A DNA stretch of 51,118 bases from Bradyrhizobium sp. (GCA_049674245.1 JBATYU010000406.1:1-51118); one strand, 5' to 3'. Shown: positions 30,767-44,608, counted from the first letter of the stretch. Notes: generated by a model from the letters alone, not told the origin. Program-made: numbers and translations.

Positions 30767-32842
30767 ATGCGTTTGTCTGCCGGAACCTTCTCGCGTCTCG
30801 GCGCAAGCTGGGACGGTCGGGGCACCAACTTTGCGTTGTTCTCCGCCAACGCCGAGAAGGTCGAGCTTTGCCTGTTCGACAGCCAGGGCCGGCGCGAGCT
30901 CGAGCGCATCGAGTTGCCCGAACGAACCGAGGACGTCTGGCACGGCTATCTCAACGACGTCTCGCCCGGGCAGCTTTATGGCTACCGCGTTCACGGCCCC
31001 TATGAGCCCGAGCACGGCCACCGCTTCAACCCCAACAAGCTGTTGCTCGATCCGTATGCCAAGCGGCTCGCCGGGCGGCTGGTCTGGAGTGATGCGCATT
31101 TCGCTTACCGCACCGGCAGCGCGCGCGAGGACCTGTCGTTCGACCGCCGTGACAATGCCCGCGGCATGCCGAAGGCGGTCGTGGTCGACGAAACTTTTAA
31201 TTGGGGCCGGCGCGAGATACGCCCCGCGATCCCCTGGGAAGACACCATCATCTATGAGGCGCATGTCAAGGGCCTGACCCAGACGCGCCAGGATGTGCCG
31301 CCGAACCTGCGCGGCACCTATGGCGGTCTGTCTTCCCCCGCGATGGTCGAGCATTTCAAGCGCCTCGGCGTCACCACAATCGAATTGCTGCCAATTCACG
31401 GGCTTATCGATGACCGCGTACTGGTCGAAAGGAAGCTCTCGAACTATTGGGGCTACAACACGCTGTCATTCTTCGCGCCCGAGCCGCGCTATGCGCAGGA
31501 CAACCCGCTCGATTCCTTTCGCACCACGGTGGCCCGGCTGCATGACGCCGGCATCGAGGTGATGCTCGACGTCGTCTATAACCACACCGCCGAAGGCAAT
31601 CATCTGGGACCGACGTTGTCGTTCCGCGGCATCGACAACGCCTCATACTACTGGCTGAACCGGGAAAACCCCCGCTATTACGACGATTTCACCGGCTGCG
31701 GCTGTTCCGTCAATCTCACCCATCCGCGGGTGCTGCAGATGGTGATGGATTCGCTACGCTATTGGGTCGAGGTCTGCCACGTCGACGGCTTCCGCTTCGA
31801 CCTCGCAACGACCCTGGCGCGCGGCCCGAACGGATTTGACCCCAACTCCGCATTCTTGACCGCGGTCCGCCAGGACCCGGTGCTGGCTTCCGTCAAGCTG
31901 GTCGCCGAACCCTGGGACCTCGGGCTCGCCGGCTATCAGGTCGGCGCGTTTCCCTCGCAATGGTCGGAGTGGAACGATCGCTATCGCACCGCGATGCGAC
32001 GTTACTGGAGCGGCGAAGGCAGCCTGATCGGCGAAGTGTCGAGCCGCATGACCGCTTCCTCCGACCTGTTCCACCATGACAGCCGCGGCCCTCGCGCCAG
32101 CGTCAACCACATTACCGTCCATGATGGTTTTACGCTCGCAGACTTGTTCAGTTACAAGGAGAAACACAACGAAGCCAACGGCGAAGGCAATCGCGACGGC
32201 GCAAACGAAAATCACAGCAACAATTGCGGCCATGAGGGGCCGACCGACGATCTCGCGATCGTCGCGCTGCGCCGTCAACTGCGAAAAAACCAGCTCGCGT
32301 GCCTGTTGCTGGCACAGGGCATGCCGCTGATCCTCGCCGGCGACGAGGTCGGCAACTCGCAGTCCGGCAACAACAACGCCTATTGCCAGGACAATGAAGT
32401 CGGCTGGGTCGGCTGGGAAAATCTCGCCAAGGAGGGCGAGGACCTGGTCGATTTCATCGGCCATTTGACCGCGCTGCGCCGACGTTTTGGGCAGATCCGC
32501 ACCCATCACTGGCTCGACGGGCGCCGCGCCGATGGCTCTTATGGCGTGTTGTGGCTGACGCCCGCGGCCGAGGAAATGAAGGAATCCGACTGGCAGTTTC
32601 CGGAAGGCCGGTTTCTTTCTTACGTGCTGGGACCGGTAGAACAGGGACAGGCACCGATCTTTGTCGTGCTCAACGCCGTTCCCGAAGAGATCGCATTCAA
32701 ATTGCCGAAGATGAATGAATACAAGAGCTGGCAACAGGTTCTCAATACGGCCGACACCAAACAGACGACGACCGGTTTTGCCGCGGGAGCGGACGCCAAG
32801 GCGCCTCCCCGCTCGGTACTTGCCTTTGCAGGTTCGGCATGA
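30767..32842 (+). CDS. glgX: Glycogen debranching enzyme (isoamylase)
   Basis: [40 protein letters not shown] and [10 protein letters not shown]. Confidence 0.96.
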   Translation: MRLSAGTFSRLGASWDGRGTNFALFSANAEKVELCLFDSQGRRELERIELPERTEDVWHGYLNDVSPGQLYGYRVHGPYEPEHGHRFNPNKLLLDPYAKRLAGRLVWSDAHFAYRTGSAREDLSFDRRDNARGMPKAVVVDETFNWGRREIRPAIPWEDTIIYEAHVKGLTQTRQDVPPNLRGTYGGLSSPAMVEHFKRLGVTTIELLPIHGLIDDRVLVERKLSNYWGYNTLSFFAPEPRYAQDNPLDSFRTTVARLHDAGIEVMLDVVYNHTAEGNHLGPTLSFRGIDNASYYWLNRENPRYYDDFTGCGCSVNLTHPRVLQMVMDSLRYWVEVCHVDGFRFDLATTLARGPNGFDPNSAFLTAVRQDPVLASVKLVAEPWDLGLAGYQVGAFPSQWSEWNDRYRTAMRRYWSGEGSLIGEVSSRMTASSDLFHHDSRGPRASVNHITVHDGFTLADLFSYKEKHNEANGEGNRDGANENHSNNCGHEGPTDDLAIVALRRQLRKNQLACLLLAQGMPLILAGDEVGNSQSGNNNAYCQDNEVGWVGWENLAKEGEDLVDFIGHLTALRRRFGQIRTHHWLDGRRADGSYGVLWLTPAAEEMKESDWQFPEGRFLSYVLGPVEQGQAPIFVVLNAVPEEIAFKLPKMNEYKSWQQVLNTADTKQTTTGFAAGADAKAPPRSVLAFAGSA

Positions 32843-34602
32843 ATGAGCGGCAGTTCGGCGCGCGGCCGACAAGGGACGGCACGTTGTTTCGGCTGTGGGC
32901 GCCGGCGGCAAAGCGCGTCGACCTGCTGCTGCAAAAACCTCACCCGATGCAACGCGGCGACGATGGCTGGTTCGCTGTCGACATCACCGGCATCGGCGCC
33001 GGCGCACGCTACAAATTCCGGATCGACGACGAGGTCGACGTGCCCGATCCGGCCTCCGGGTTTCAGCCCGACGATGTCTTTGGCCCCAGTGAAGTGATCG
33101 ATCACGCAAGCTACCTATGGCGTGCCGCGGATTGGCGCGGACGGCCGTGGCAGGAGACCGTGCTGATCGAAACCCATGTCGGCACCTTCACGCCGGAAGG
33201 CAGCTACCGCGCGATGATCGAAAAACTCGATCATCTGGTGCAAACCGGAATCACGGCGCTTGAACTGATGCCGCTTGCGGATTTCGCAGGGACGCGCGGC
33301 TGGGGTTATGACGGCGTGCTGTGGTACGCGCCTGACAGCGGCTACGGCCGTCCCGAGGATCTGAAAGCCCTGATCGACGAAGCGCATTTGCGCGGGCTGA
33401 TGGTGTTTCTCGATGTGGTCTATAACCAGTTCGGCCCCGAGGGAAATTATCTCGGCCGTTACGCGCCAAATTTCTTCACCGAGGCCCAGACGCCGTGGGG
33501 CCGCGCGATCGATTACCGTGTGCGAGAGGTGCGCGCCTTCGCGATCGAGAATGCGCTGAACTGGCTGCGCGAGTATCGCTTCGACGGGCTGCGGCTGGAT
33601 GCGGTCAACACCATCGTTGAGATGGGCGACATCCCGATCCTGCACGATCTCAGCATAGCGGTCGGTAAGCTTGCCGCGGAAAGCCACCGCCACATCCATC
33701 TGGTGCTCGAAAACGGCGACAACCGCGCAAGCCTGCTCGATCCCGCGCAAGAGGTGCCGCGCGGCAAATACCGCGGGCAATGGAATGACGATTATCATCA
33801 CGCCTGGCATGTGATGCTGACCGGCGAAGCCCAGGGCTACTACGGCGACTATCAGCGCTCGCCGCGGCAGGACTTGGCGCGGGCGCTTTGCTCGGGCTTT
33901 GTCTATCAGGGCGAAGCCGCCGCCTTTTGGGGCGGCAAGCGGCGCGGCGAACCGAGCGGCGCCCTGCCGCCTTCAGCCTTCGTCAGCTTCCTGCAAAACC
34001 ACGACCAGATCGGCAACCGCGCGCTTGGCGACCGGCTCGAGAGCATCGCCGATCCAAGGAAAATCGAAGCAGCGCTTGCCGTCACCTTGCTGGCGCCGAT
34101 GACGCCGATGCTGTTCATGGGCGAGGAATGGGGATCGAAATCACCGTTTCCCTTCTTCTGCGATTTTAAGGGCGAGCTTGCCAACGCCGTTCGCGAGGGG
34201 CGGCGCAGAGAATATGACTGGGCCTACGCCAAATACGGCAATGAGGTGCCTGATCCGCTGACAACAGCAACATTTCAATCGGCCGTTCTCGATTGGCAAG
34301 CGCGTGAAGCGCCGGCGGGACAACGACGGCTGGCACTGGTGCGGGAGCTGCTTGCGATCCGGCAGCGAGAAATCGCTCCCAGGTCAGCCGGCACGGCCTT
34401 TGGCGACGCGCACGCGGAAGACAACGGTCTTCTCACCGCAAGCTGGCGCATCGCCGATGGCGCGATGCTGCGTCTGACAGCTAATCTATCGGCAAACCAG
34501 ATTGCGCACACCTCAACTCACGCGACCGGCACGCCGATTTGGGGCGGCAAAGCCGGCGGCCTGCTTCCGCCCTGGTCGGTGTTCTGGCGCATCGGGGACT
34601 AG
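32839..34602 (+). CDS. treZ: Malto-oligosyltrehalose trehalohydrolase
   Basis: WGYDGV, DVVYNQFGPEGNY (usually ..YNH..), TPWG, LRLDAV, QNHDQIGNR and LFMGEEW. Confidence 0.93.
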   Translation: MNERQFGARPTRDGTLFRLWAPAAKRVDLLLQKPHPMQRGDDGWFAVDITGIGAGARYKFRIDDEVDVPDPASGFQPDDVFGPSEVIDHASYLWRAADWRGRPWQETVLIETHVGTFTPEGSYRAMIEKLDHLVQTGITALELMPLADFAGTRGWGYDGVLWYAPDSGYGRPEDLKALIDEAHLRGLMVFLDVVYNQFGPEGNYLGRYAPNFFTEAQTPWGRAIDYRVREVRAFAIENALNWLREYRFDGLRLDAVNTIVEMGDIPILHDLSIAVGKLAAESHRHIHLVLENGDNRASLLDPAQEVPRGKYRGQWNDDYHHAWHVMLTGEAQGYYGDYQRSPRQDLARALCSGFVYQGEAAAFWGGKRRGEPSGALPPSAFVSFLQNHDQIGNRALGDRLESIADPRKIEAALAVTLLAPMTPMLFMGEEWGSKSPFPFFCDFKGELANAVREGRRREYDWAYAKYGNEVPDPLTTATFQSAVLDWQAREAPAGQRRLALVRELLAIRQREIAPRSAGTAFGDAHAEDNGLLTASWRIADGAMLRLTANLSANQIAHTSTHATGTPIWGGKAGGLLPPWSVFWRIGD

Positions 34603-34604
34603 CA

Positions 34605-37406
<2,802 letters not shown>

Positions 37407-37409
37407 ACG

Positions 37410-37444
37410 CGAAAGGCCGCCCGGGATCAAGGCCGGGCGGCCCT
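37410..37444 (-). terminator. GC-rich hairpin; intrinsic terminator on the minus strand, possibly bidirectional
   Basis: GGCCGCCCGG-N8-CCGGGCGGCC (37415-37442), followed on the minus strand by TTTCGCGTTT. Confidence 0.6.
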
Positions 37445-37580
37445 GGCGGATGTCGTGCCGACTCAAGGTCGGTTCCCTCCCCCGCTGGAGTGAATGATCC
37501 GGGAAATTCGTTACCAGCAAGCGAACGAAATTCACCGCGCGCAGGTTTTTCATTCGTTGCTGCGATGCGAAATCACCCAA

Positions 37581-37892
37581 TCAATTGCGTTTGGTCAGCA
37601 GCAGACGACCACGGTTCTGGATCGCGACTTGCGCTACCTCGGCAAAGCGCTGCAACAGCCACGGCAACGTCACCTCCAGCCGGACGTGGTCGTCCTCAAC
37701 ATCGAGGTGACCCGCGGCGGCCTGCCCGAGCGCGCGTACCCGGAAGACCATGCGATTGTCTTGCCATCGTTCCTCGTCGACCTTCAACACCGGAATGCTG
37801 GTGGCGGCGCGCGTCAACCCGGCCTTGAGGCGACGCGTCGCCTCCTCGCGGCCAAGGCGATGCGGGATGGAAACGACAAGCGGGGCGGACAT
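37581..37892 (-). CDS. Polyhydroxyalkanoic acid system (PHA_gran_rgn)-like small protein
   Basis: VSIPHRLGREEA..R, W..NRM.F...A.GQ...G.LDV....VRLEV.LPWLL; strong AAGGAGGA RBS. Confidence 0.8.
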   Translation of the reverse strand: MSAPLVVSIPHRLGREEATRRLKAGLTRAATSIPVLKVDEERWQDNRMVFRVRALGQAAAGHLDVEDDHVRLEVTLPWLLQRFAEVAQVAIQNRGRLLLTKRN

Positions 37893-37976
37893 CGCAAATC
37901 CTCCTTCGATCCAACGTCATGTAGTTCGATCGCGTTCGAAAGGAAGAGATTGTCGAATTATGGCGATGCAAAAAGC

Positions 37977-38001
37977 GGAACTTCCGATGTTCTCGCAAGT
38001 T
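37977..38001 (+). promoter_or_regulatory. sigma-EcfG-type promoter of the DUF3309-like gene
   Basis: GGAAC-N16-AGTT, about 55 nt upstream of ATG 38057. Confidence 0.6.
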
Positions 38002-38056
38002 GCACCGGCTGACGGCAAGGCAGCGCACACTGACGGACAGGCTGGGGAGAAGCTAA

Positions 38057-38215
38057 ATGTCAATCGGCACCATTATCCTGATCATTCTCATCATCGCGCT
38101 GCTCGGCGGCTTCGGCGGCGGCCGCCGGTTCTACGGCACCGGCTATTACGGCGGCGGCGGTCTCGGCCTCATTGTCGTTATCCTCCTGATATTGGTGTTG
38201 CTCGGAAAGGTCTGA
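38057..38215 (+). CDS. DUF3309-like small membrane protein (52 aa; not in the ORF track)
   Basis: MSIGTIILIILIIALLGGFGGGRRFYGTGYYGGGGLGLIVVILLILVLLGKV; GGGGAGA RBS; two TM segments joined by a Gly/Tyr loop. Confidence 0.85.
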   Translation: MSIGTIILIILIIALLGGFGGGRRFYGTGYYGGGGLGLIVVILLILVLLGKV

Positions 38216-38221
38216 CGCTGG

Positions 38222-40846
38222 CTACTTTGACCCTAGCCTCGTGATCGCCGCCTTTATCGATGACGCCGCCTCGTCGTAATCCTCCCACGCCTTGGTTTTG
38301 GCAAGCAGCTTGGGCACGGTGCGAACCGTGTGGCGTTTCGGATCGAGGTCGCCTCTGACCTGCGCCCAGGTCAGCGGCATCGAGACGGTCGCGCCTTCGC
38401 GCGCGCGCGGCGACAGCACCGCGACCGCCGTCGACATCCGGTCGTTGCGCAGATAATCGAGAAAAATCTTTCCGGTGCGCTTTTGCTTCGACATGTTGAG
38501 CAAATAGCGCTCGGGATCGTCATTGGCCATCCACTGGCAAATGCTTAACGCAAACGCCTTGGCCTCTTTCCATGTCACTCTGTCCTTTGCGGCATGGGTC
38601 AGCGGCGCCACGACGTGCAGTCCCTTGCCGCCGGTGGTCTTGCAAAAATTTTCCAGCCCAACGTCGGTGAGCCGCTGCCGCATGTCCTTGGCGGCCTCGA
38701 TCACCTCCAGAAATTCGACGTCCGGCGCCGGATCGAGATCGAAAACCAGCCGGCCCGGCGTGTCATATGCATCGGGCGCGCAATTCCACGGATGCAGTTC
38801 GAGCCCGCCGATCTGCGCCACCGCGGCCAGGCCCTCGACGCGGTCGATCTGCAAATAGGGCTTGCGGTCGCCGGAAACCTTGACCAGTTCCAGAAGATCG
38901 GAGGTGCCCTGCATGGCGTGGCGCTGGAAAAATTTCTCGCCGTTGATGCCGTCCGGCGCTCGGACGATGGAGCACGGCCTGCCCTTGAGATGGCCGATCA
39001 TCCATTGCCCGACCGCCTCGTAATAGCGAGCGAGATCGAGCTTGGTGACACCCCCGCCATCGCCGGCGTCGGGCCACAGCTCCTTGTCGGGCTTTGAGAT
39101 CATCACGCCCATGACTTCGGTGGAATTGCCGGCGCCTGAGGTCCGGACCTTGCCGGCTCTTGCAGCCGTCTTTCCAGCGCGTTTGGCGATCGCTGTCATG
39201 GATGGCTTCTCCGCTTCCACCTCATTGGCCGGCTTGTCCTGACGCAAACCCTTGAACGCCGCCTGGCGTATGTTGCCGTCGTCGGTCCAGCCGGCGAATT
39301 CGATCTCGGCGACGAGCTCCGGCTTCAGCCAGTGCACGTCGCGGGTCTTGCGCGGCGCGTTCTCGCCGCCGAACGGGCTCTCCTTCGCGGCGGCCTTCTT
39401 CAGCGCCGGCATGATACGCCGGACCTTGTCCTGGCCAAAGCCGGTGCCGACCATGCCGACAAAGGCGAGACGATCGCCGCGATGGACACCGGCCATCAGC
39501 GAACGGAATTTTCCGTTAGTGGTTTTCCACCCCCCGAGCACGACCTCCTGCCCGGCGCGGGATTTGGCCTTGGTCCAGCTCTCGGTTCGGCCGGAATGAT
39601 AGGGCGCACTCAGTTTCTTCGAGACGATACCCTCCAGCGAGAGTTTCGACGCCGATTGCAGCATGGCATCGCCGTCCGTTTCGAAATGCTCAACGTAATA
39701 AATCTGCCGTGCCTTCTTTCGCGCCTCCAGCAATTGCTTCAATTGCGCCTTGCGCTCGGCAAGCGGCAGGCGGCGCAGGTCCTTACCCTCGGCAAACAAC
39801 AGATCGAACGCGAAGAACATCAGTCTGTCGGTCTTTCCGTCGGAAAGGGCTGCCTGCAGCGCCGAAAAATGCGGGACGCCATTGTGATCGAGGGCGACGA
39901 TCTCGCCGTCGATCAACACGTCAGGAAGCGCGCTTGCCTCCTTGGCGATGGTCTTGAACTTTTCGGTCCAGTCAAGCCCCTTGCGGGTCTTCAGCGTGGC
40001 GTTGCCGCCCTCGACCCGCAATTGCACGCGATAGCCGTCGAATTTGATCTCATGACACCATCCCTCGCCACTCGGCGGGCGATCGACCGAGGTGCAAAGT
40101 TGTGGTGCGACGAAATCCGGCATCTCCGCAACTTGTCTCGCTTTTGCCGGCGCCGCCGCCTTGCCCTTGGTGCGCGCCTGCCCCGCCTCGCCGCGGTTGG
40201 AGTGCCAGACCGCATCCGCCTTGCCCCGGCCGGCCTTCGCCGCCATGAACGGTTTTGGTGCCCGGCCCTTGCCTTGCGTGATCTCTGCCATCGACCGGCC
40301 GGACGCGACGGACCGATCCTCGTCGAGGATGTCGTTGGCCTCGCCGATTTTGGCGAATTCGTCGCGATGCTTGATCAGGAGCCAATTGGTTCTTTTTCCG
40401 CCGTTGCGGTCGTGGCGCATCCGCACCAGCACCCAACTGCCGTGCAGCTTGTCGCCGTGGAGGGTGAACTTGAGGTCACCTTTCTTGAAACCGCGCTCCG
40501 GATCGCCGCAATCCCAATAGCCGCGGTCCCAGAGCAGCACCGCGCCGCCGCCATATTGCCCCTTCGGGATGGTGCCTTCGAAATCGCCGTAGTCGAGCGG
40601 ATGATCCTCCACCTCGACCGCGAGCCGCTTGTCATGCGGATCGAGCGAAGGCCCGCGCGTCACCGCCCAGGACTTGAACACGCCGTCGAATTCCAGCCTC
40701 AGATCGTAATGCAGGTGCGTCGCCGCGTGCTTCTGGATCACGAACCGCCGCCGCTTCGCCGGCGCCACCCTGACGTCGCCGGACGGCTCGTCGGTCTTTT
40801 CAAAATCCCGCTTCTTCCGGTAGGTGGAGAGGTTCCTGAGCGACAC
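38222..40846 (-). CDS. ligD: NHEJ DNA ligase D (phosphoesterase-ligase-polymerase domains)
   Basis: [31 protein letters not shown] (adenylated Lys), [27 protein letters not shown] and IFLDYLRN. Confidence 0.96.
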   Translation of the reverse strand: MSLRNLSTYRKKRDFEKTDEPSGDVRVAPAKRRRFVIQKHAATHLHYDLRLEFDGVFKSWAVTRGPSLDPHDKRLAVEVEDHPLDYGDFEGTIPKGQYGGGAVLLWDRGYWDCGDPERGFKKGDLKFTLHGDKLHGSWVLVRMRHDRNGGKRTNWLLIKHRDEFAKIGEANDILDEDRSVASGRSMAEITQGKGRAPKPFMAAKAGRGKADAVWHSNRGEAGQARTKGKAAAPAKARQVAEMPDFVAPQLCTSVDRPPSGEGWCHEIKFDGYRVQLRVEGGNATLKTRKGLDWTEKFKTIAKEASALPDVLIDGEIVALDHNGVPHFSALQAALSDGKTDRLMFFAFDLLFAEGKDLRRLPLAERKAQLKQLLEARKKARQIYYVEHFETDGDAMLQSASKLSLEGIVSKKLSAPYHSGRTESWTKAKSRAGQEVVLGGWKTTNGKFRSLMAGVHRGDRLAFVGMVGTGFGQDKVRRIMPALKKAAAKESPFGGENAPRKTRDVHWLKPELVAEIEFAGWTDDGNIRQAAFKGLRQDKPANEVEAEKPSMTAIAKRAGKTAARAGKVRTSGAGNSTEVMGVMISKPDKELWPDAGDGGGVTKLDLARYYEAVGQWMIGHLKGRPCSIVRAPDGINGEKFFQRHAMQGTSDLLELVKVSGDRKPYLQIDRVEGLAAVAQIGGLELHPWNCAPDAYDTPGRLVFDLDPAPDVEFLEVIEAAKDMRQRLTDVGLENFCKTTGGKGLHVVAPLTHAAKDRVTWKEAKAFALSICQWMANDDPERYLLNMSKQKRTGKIFLDYLRNDRMSTAVAVLSPRAREGATVSMPLTWAQVRGDLDPKRHTVRTVPKLLAKTKAWEDYDEAASSIKAAITRLGSK

Positions 40847-40922
40847 GATCGATCCTGAAAATATTCACCTTCGGCGTAGCCTATCAGCGCCGACACCCGC
40901 GCGGAACCAAAACCCGCGCAGC

Positions 40923-41132
40923 TCAGGCTTTCTTCCGGGATTTTGCCGGCTTCGCCGCCTTCTTCGGCACTCTCGCTCCCTCGGCCCTCGCCTCGGAAAG
41001 CCCGATCGCGATCGCCTGCTTGCGGCTCGTGACCTTGCGTCCCGAGCGGCCGCTCCTCAGCGTGCCGGCCTTGCGTTTCTTCATCACGCGCTCAACGTCG
41101 GCGGAGGCCTTTTTCGAATATTTTCGTGCCAT
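40923..41132 (-). CDS. DUF6496-like small basic protein
   Basis: MARKYSKKAS..VER.M...KAGTLRSGRSGRKVTSRKQAIAIGLSEAR; Lys/Arg-rich, 69 aa. Confidence 0.8.
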   Translation of the reverse strand: MARKYSKKASADVERVMKKRKAGTLRSGRSGRKVTSRKQAIAIGLSEARAEGARVPKKAAKPAKSRKKA

Positions 41133-41158
41133 GATCATTCTCCCGCTGGCCGGAAATC

Positions 41159-41183
41159 AATCCCTGCGGCAAGTGAAAGTTCC
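41159..41183 (-). promoter_or_regulatory. sigma-EcfG-type promoter for the DUF6496-like gene (possibly also ligD)
   Basis: GGAAC-N16-GATT on the minus strand, between the kdpE stop and the DUF6496 start. Confidence 0.55.
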
Positions 41184-41198
41184 AAGCCCGAATCTGCG

Positions 41199-41888
41199 TC
41201 AGTCCGGTGCGCGCAACCGATAGCCGATGCCGGTTTCGGTCAGCACGAATTGCGGGCGCTCCGGATCGGTCTCGATCTTCTGCCGGAGCTGGCGCACATA
41301 GACCCGCAAATATTGCGCGTCGGTCAGTTCGTCCCACAGCTCCTTCAACAGAAAGCGATGGGTCAGCACCTTGCCGGCATGCTGCACCAGGACGCGCAAC
41401 AGGTCGTACTCCTTCGGCGAGAGCTTCACGTCGCGGTCACCGACCTTGACGATACGGCGCACCAGATCGACCGAGAGATCGCCGGAGCGGAACACCGGCC
41501 GTTCGCCGTGGACCTGCAATTGATGCCGCAATGCCGCGCGCATGCGGGCGAGCAATTCGTCCATCCCGAACGGTTTTGTCAGATAATCGTCGGCGCCGAG
41601 ATCGAGCGCCTGCACCTTGCCGGCCTCATCGCCCCGGCTTGACAGCACAACGATCGGCACGCTGTCGTTGCGGCCCCGGATCATGCGCAACAATTCATGG
41701 CCCTGAATATCCGGAAGGCCGAGATCGAGAATGATCAGTGCGGGATTCTGGGTCAGCAATTCGAGTGCATTCTTGCCGTTCGAGGCTTCCAAGATTTCAT
41801 AACCTTGCGTGCTCAACCCCATCCGCAGCAGCTTGCGGATCGGCGGTTCGTCGTCGATGACCAGGACCTTGATCGGCGTGGCATTCAT
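41199..41888 (-). CDS. kdpE: KdpE response regulator (OmpR family)
   Basis: VIDDE, LDLGLPD, GADDYLTKPF, YLRVYVRQLRQKIE.DP and TETGIGYR. Start overlaps the kdpD stop (ATGA). Confidence 0.95.
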   Translation of the reverse strand: MNATPIKVLVIDDEPPIRKLLRMGLSTQGYEILEASNGKNALELLTQNPALIILDLGLPDIQGHELLRMIRGRNDSVPIVVLSSRGDEAGKVQALDLGADDYLTKPFGMDELLARMRAALRHQLQVHGERPVFRSGDLSVDLVRRIVKVGDRDVKLSPKEYDLLRVLVQHAGKVLTHRFLLKELWDELTDAQYLRVYVRQLRQKIETDPERPQFVLTETGIGYRLRAPD

Positions 41889-44608
41889 GCGGCGGTGTCC
41901 AGCGCATCCGATACTGCCGGGATCGGCAATCGGATGGTCAGCACCGCACCCGTGCAATCGGCGCGATTGGTGGCCGAGATCGTACCATGCATCGCCTCGA
42001 CAAAGCCGCGCGAGATCGCAAGCCCAAGGCCGGTGCCGGGCCGGACATGATCACCTTTCTGCGCGCGATAAAATTTGTCGAACACGCTCTCGAGCTCGGT
42101 CGGCGGGATACCCTCGCCTTCGTCGAGGATTTGCAGCGTGACCTGCTCCCGGTCCCGCGCGCCGCGGATCGATATCGTGGTGTCGGAGGGCGCATATTTC
42201 GCGGCGTTGTCCAAAAGGTTGAACAGCGCCTGCTCGAACAGCACCGCGTCAAGATCCAGCATCGGCAGGTCGGCGGCGAGCTCGAGCGAGACCCTGTGCC
42301 GCACCAAAATCTTGCTGGCACGCCGCAATGCGCTGCCGACGATCTCGCCGATATCGTGGCGCGCCGTATTCGGCACGATGGCACCGGACTCGAGCTTGGT
42401 CATGTCGAGCAGATTGGCGATGAAGCGGTTGAGCCGCTCGGATTCGTCAATCACGGTGGCGATCAGATCGCGCTTTTCCGAGTCAGACAGGCCAGAGGCG
42501 AGATCGCGCATCGTCGAGGCCGCGCCGAGCACCGAGGCCAAGGGGGTCTTTAGATCGTGCGAGATCGAGGTCAACAGCGCCGAGCGCAGACGATCCGACT
42601 CGACCGTACGCTTGACGCGATCCATATCTTCGACCAGCAGCACCCGTTCGATCGCCAGCGCGCCCTGGTCCATCAACGCGTCGAGCAGGCGGCGCTGATC
42701 CGGCGTCAGCAGCGGTCCTGTCTTGTCGTCGTCGATGCCGATGACGCCGATCGGGCCGCGGCCGGTCCGCATCGGAAGGAACAGCCGCTTGGCGCCGGGC
42801 AGCGTATCCGAGCCACGTCCTGCCGGGCGATCGTTGTTCCACGCCCAGTTCGCGGCGGCGAGATCGGCCTTGTCGAGCTGATCTTCAGGCGGGTAACCCG
42901 CCTTCACCGTCAAGACGCCCTGCTCGGGCAACAGCAGGACAACCCGCACCCTGAGCATCAGCGCGGTCTGGTAGGCGGCCGCCCACAACACATCGTCGAG
43001 CGTCGCGGTGCCGGCAAGCTTGCGGCTGAAGGCATAGAGCAGTTCGGTGGTCCTGATGCGGCCGATCGCAGAATCGGCCCGAGTACGCACCCGCGCCGCG
43101 ACGTTGGAAACCATGATAGCGATCAGCATGAAGAAGAAGAATGCCGCGATATTGGTCGGATCGGTTATCGTGAAGGTGTAGATCGGCGGCAGGAAGAAGA
43201 AATTGTAGCACAGCGAAGCAACCACGCTCGCCAGCAGAGACGGCCACAAGCCGTAGCGAACCGCCACGACCACAACGGCCGTGAGGAAAACCAGATCGAC
43301 ATTCTCGATGCCGAATAGCGGCTGGATCAGCGCGGCGGCGGCAAGCCCGATGGCCACGATCACGAGCGCCATCAGGTAGGGCCGCGGATTGAAGGGTTCC
43401 GGCCGCTCGGCCGTGCGCACGGTCTTCTTCGGAACCGGGTCCGCCGCGAGTTCCTCGCCCGCGATCACGTTGACGCTGATATTGCCGGCGCGCCGAACCA
43501 GATCATGCACGACCGAGCCGCGCGTGAGTTCGAACCACCAGGAGCGCGTCGACTTGCCGATGATGATCTGGGTCACGTTATTGGCGTGCGCGAAGCCGAT
43601 GAGGTCGTCCGCGATCCGGCGTCCGACGCTGGGAATAGTCAGCGCCTCCGCGCCCAGCGCTTCCGCGAGCCGCAGTGTGTCGGCAAGCCGATCGCGCTCG
43701 ACGTCGGTCAGTTGCAGGCTGCGCCGTGTCTCGATGCTGATGGCGGTCCAGGGCGCGTGCAGGCGGTCCGCCAGCCGCTTGGTGTAGCGCACGAGCCCCG
43801 CTGCCCGCGGATCCTCGCTGAGGCAAACCAGGATGCGCTCGCCCGCGGCCCAGGGACCTGCTATCGCGTTGGCCTGCATATGCGTGAGCAGCTGTTCGTC
43901 GACGCGCTCGGCGGTCCGCCGCAGCGCCAGCTCGCGCAGCGCGGTCAGATTTCCCGGGGAGAAATAATGTTCGAGCGCGCGCTCGGCCTGCTTGGGAACG
44001 TAGACCTTGCCTTCCTTCAACCGCTGGATCAGATCGTCCGGCGTGAGGTCGATCAGTTCGATCGCATCCGCGCGGTCGAACACCTTGTCCGGCACGGTTT
44101 CACGCACCCGCACATGCGTGATCTGGGCGACCACGTCATTAAGGCTCTCGATGTGCTGGATATTGACGGCGGTGTAGACGTCGATGCCGTGGGAGAGCAG
44201 CTCTTCGACGTCGAGATAGCGCTTGGGATGGCGGCTGCCGGGGGCGTTGGTGTGCGCGAGTTCGTCGACCAGCGCGAGCCGCGGGCGACGCGCGATGACC
44301 GCATCGATGTCCATTTCCTCGAGGATCTGGTCCTTGTATTCGAGCCGCTTGCGCGGAATGACTTCGAGGCCTCGCAGCAGCGCCTCGGTTTCGGCCCGTC
44401 CGTGGGTCTCGACCACGCCGACGACGACGTCGACGCCGGCCTTCAGCCGGGCATGTGCGCTCTGCAGCATCTCGTAAGTCTTGCCGACGCCGGGGGCGGC
44501 GCCGACGAAAATCTTGAGCCGGCCGGTCTGGTCGCTCTCGCGGCGGGCGGCCTCGAGCAGGGCGTCCGGCGAAGGTCGTTTTTCAAGATCACGGCGTTGA
44601 TCGGCCAT
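41885..44608 (-). CDS. kdpD: KdpD sensor histidine kinase
   Basis: GAAPGVGKTY, VDELAHTN, NIQHIESLND, Usp domain, four TM helices, SHDLKTPL, NLLDNA.KY and GTGLGL. Confidence 0.97.
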   Translation of the reverse strand: MADQRRDLEKRPSPDALLEAARRESDQTGRLKIFVGAAPGVGKTYEMLQSAHARLKAGVDVVVGVVETHGRAETEALLRGLEVIPRKRLEYKDQILEEMDIDAVIARRPRLALVDELAHTNAPGSRHPKRYLDVEELLSHGIDVYTAVNIQHIESLNDVVAQITHVRVRETVPDKVFDRADAIELIDLTPDDLIQRLKEGKVYVPKQAERALEHYFSPGNLTALRELALRRTAERVDEQLLTHMQANAIAGPWAAGERILVCLSEDPRAAGLVRYTKRLADRLHAPWTAISIETRRSLQLTDVERDRLADTLRLAEALGAEALTIPSVGRRIADDLIGFAHANNVTQIIIGKSTRSWWFELTRGSVVHDLVRRAGNISVNVIAGEELAADPVPKKTVRTAERPEPFNPRPYLMALVIVAIGLAAAALIQPLFGIENVDLVFLTAVVVVAVRYGLWPSLLASVVASLCYNFFFLPPIYTFTITDPTNIAAFFFFMLIAIMVSNVAARVRTRADSAIGRIRTTELLYAFSRKLAGTATLDDVLWAAAYQTALMLRVRVVLLLPEQGVLTVKAGYPPEDQLDKADLAAANWAWNNDRPAGRGSDTLPGAKRLFLPMRTGRGPIGVIGIDDDKTGPLLTPDQRRLLDALMDQGALAIERVLLVEDMDRVKRTVESDRLRSALLTSISHDLKTPLASVLGAASTMRDLASGLSDSEKRDLIATVIDESERLNRFIANLLDMTKLESGAIVPNTARHDIGEIVGSALRRASKILVRHRVSLELAADLPMLDLDAVLFEQALFNLLDNAAKYAPSDTTISIRGARDREQVTLQILDEGEGIPPTELESVFDKFYRAQKGDHVRPGTGLGLAISRGFVEAMHGTISATNRADCTGAVLTIRLPIPAVSDALDTAA

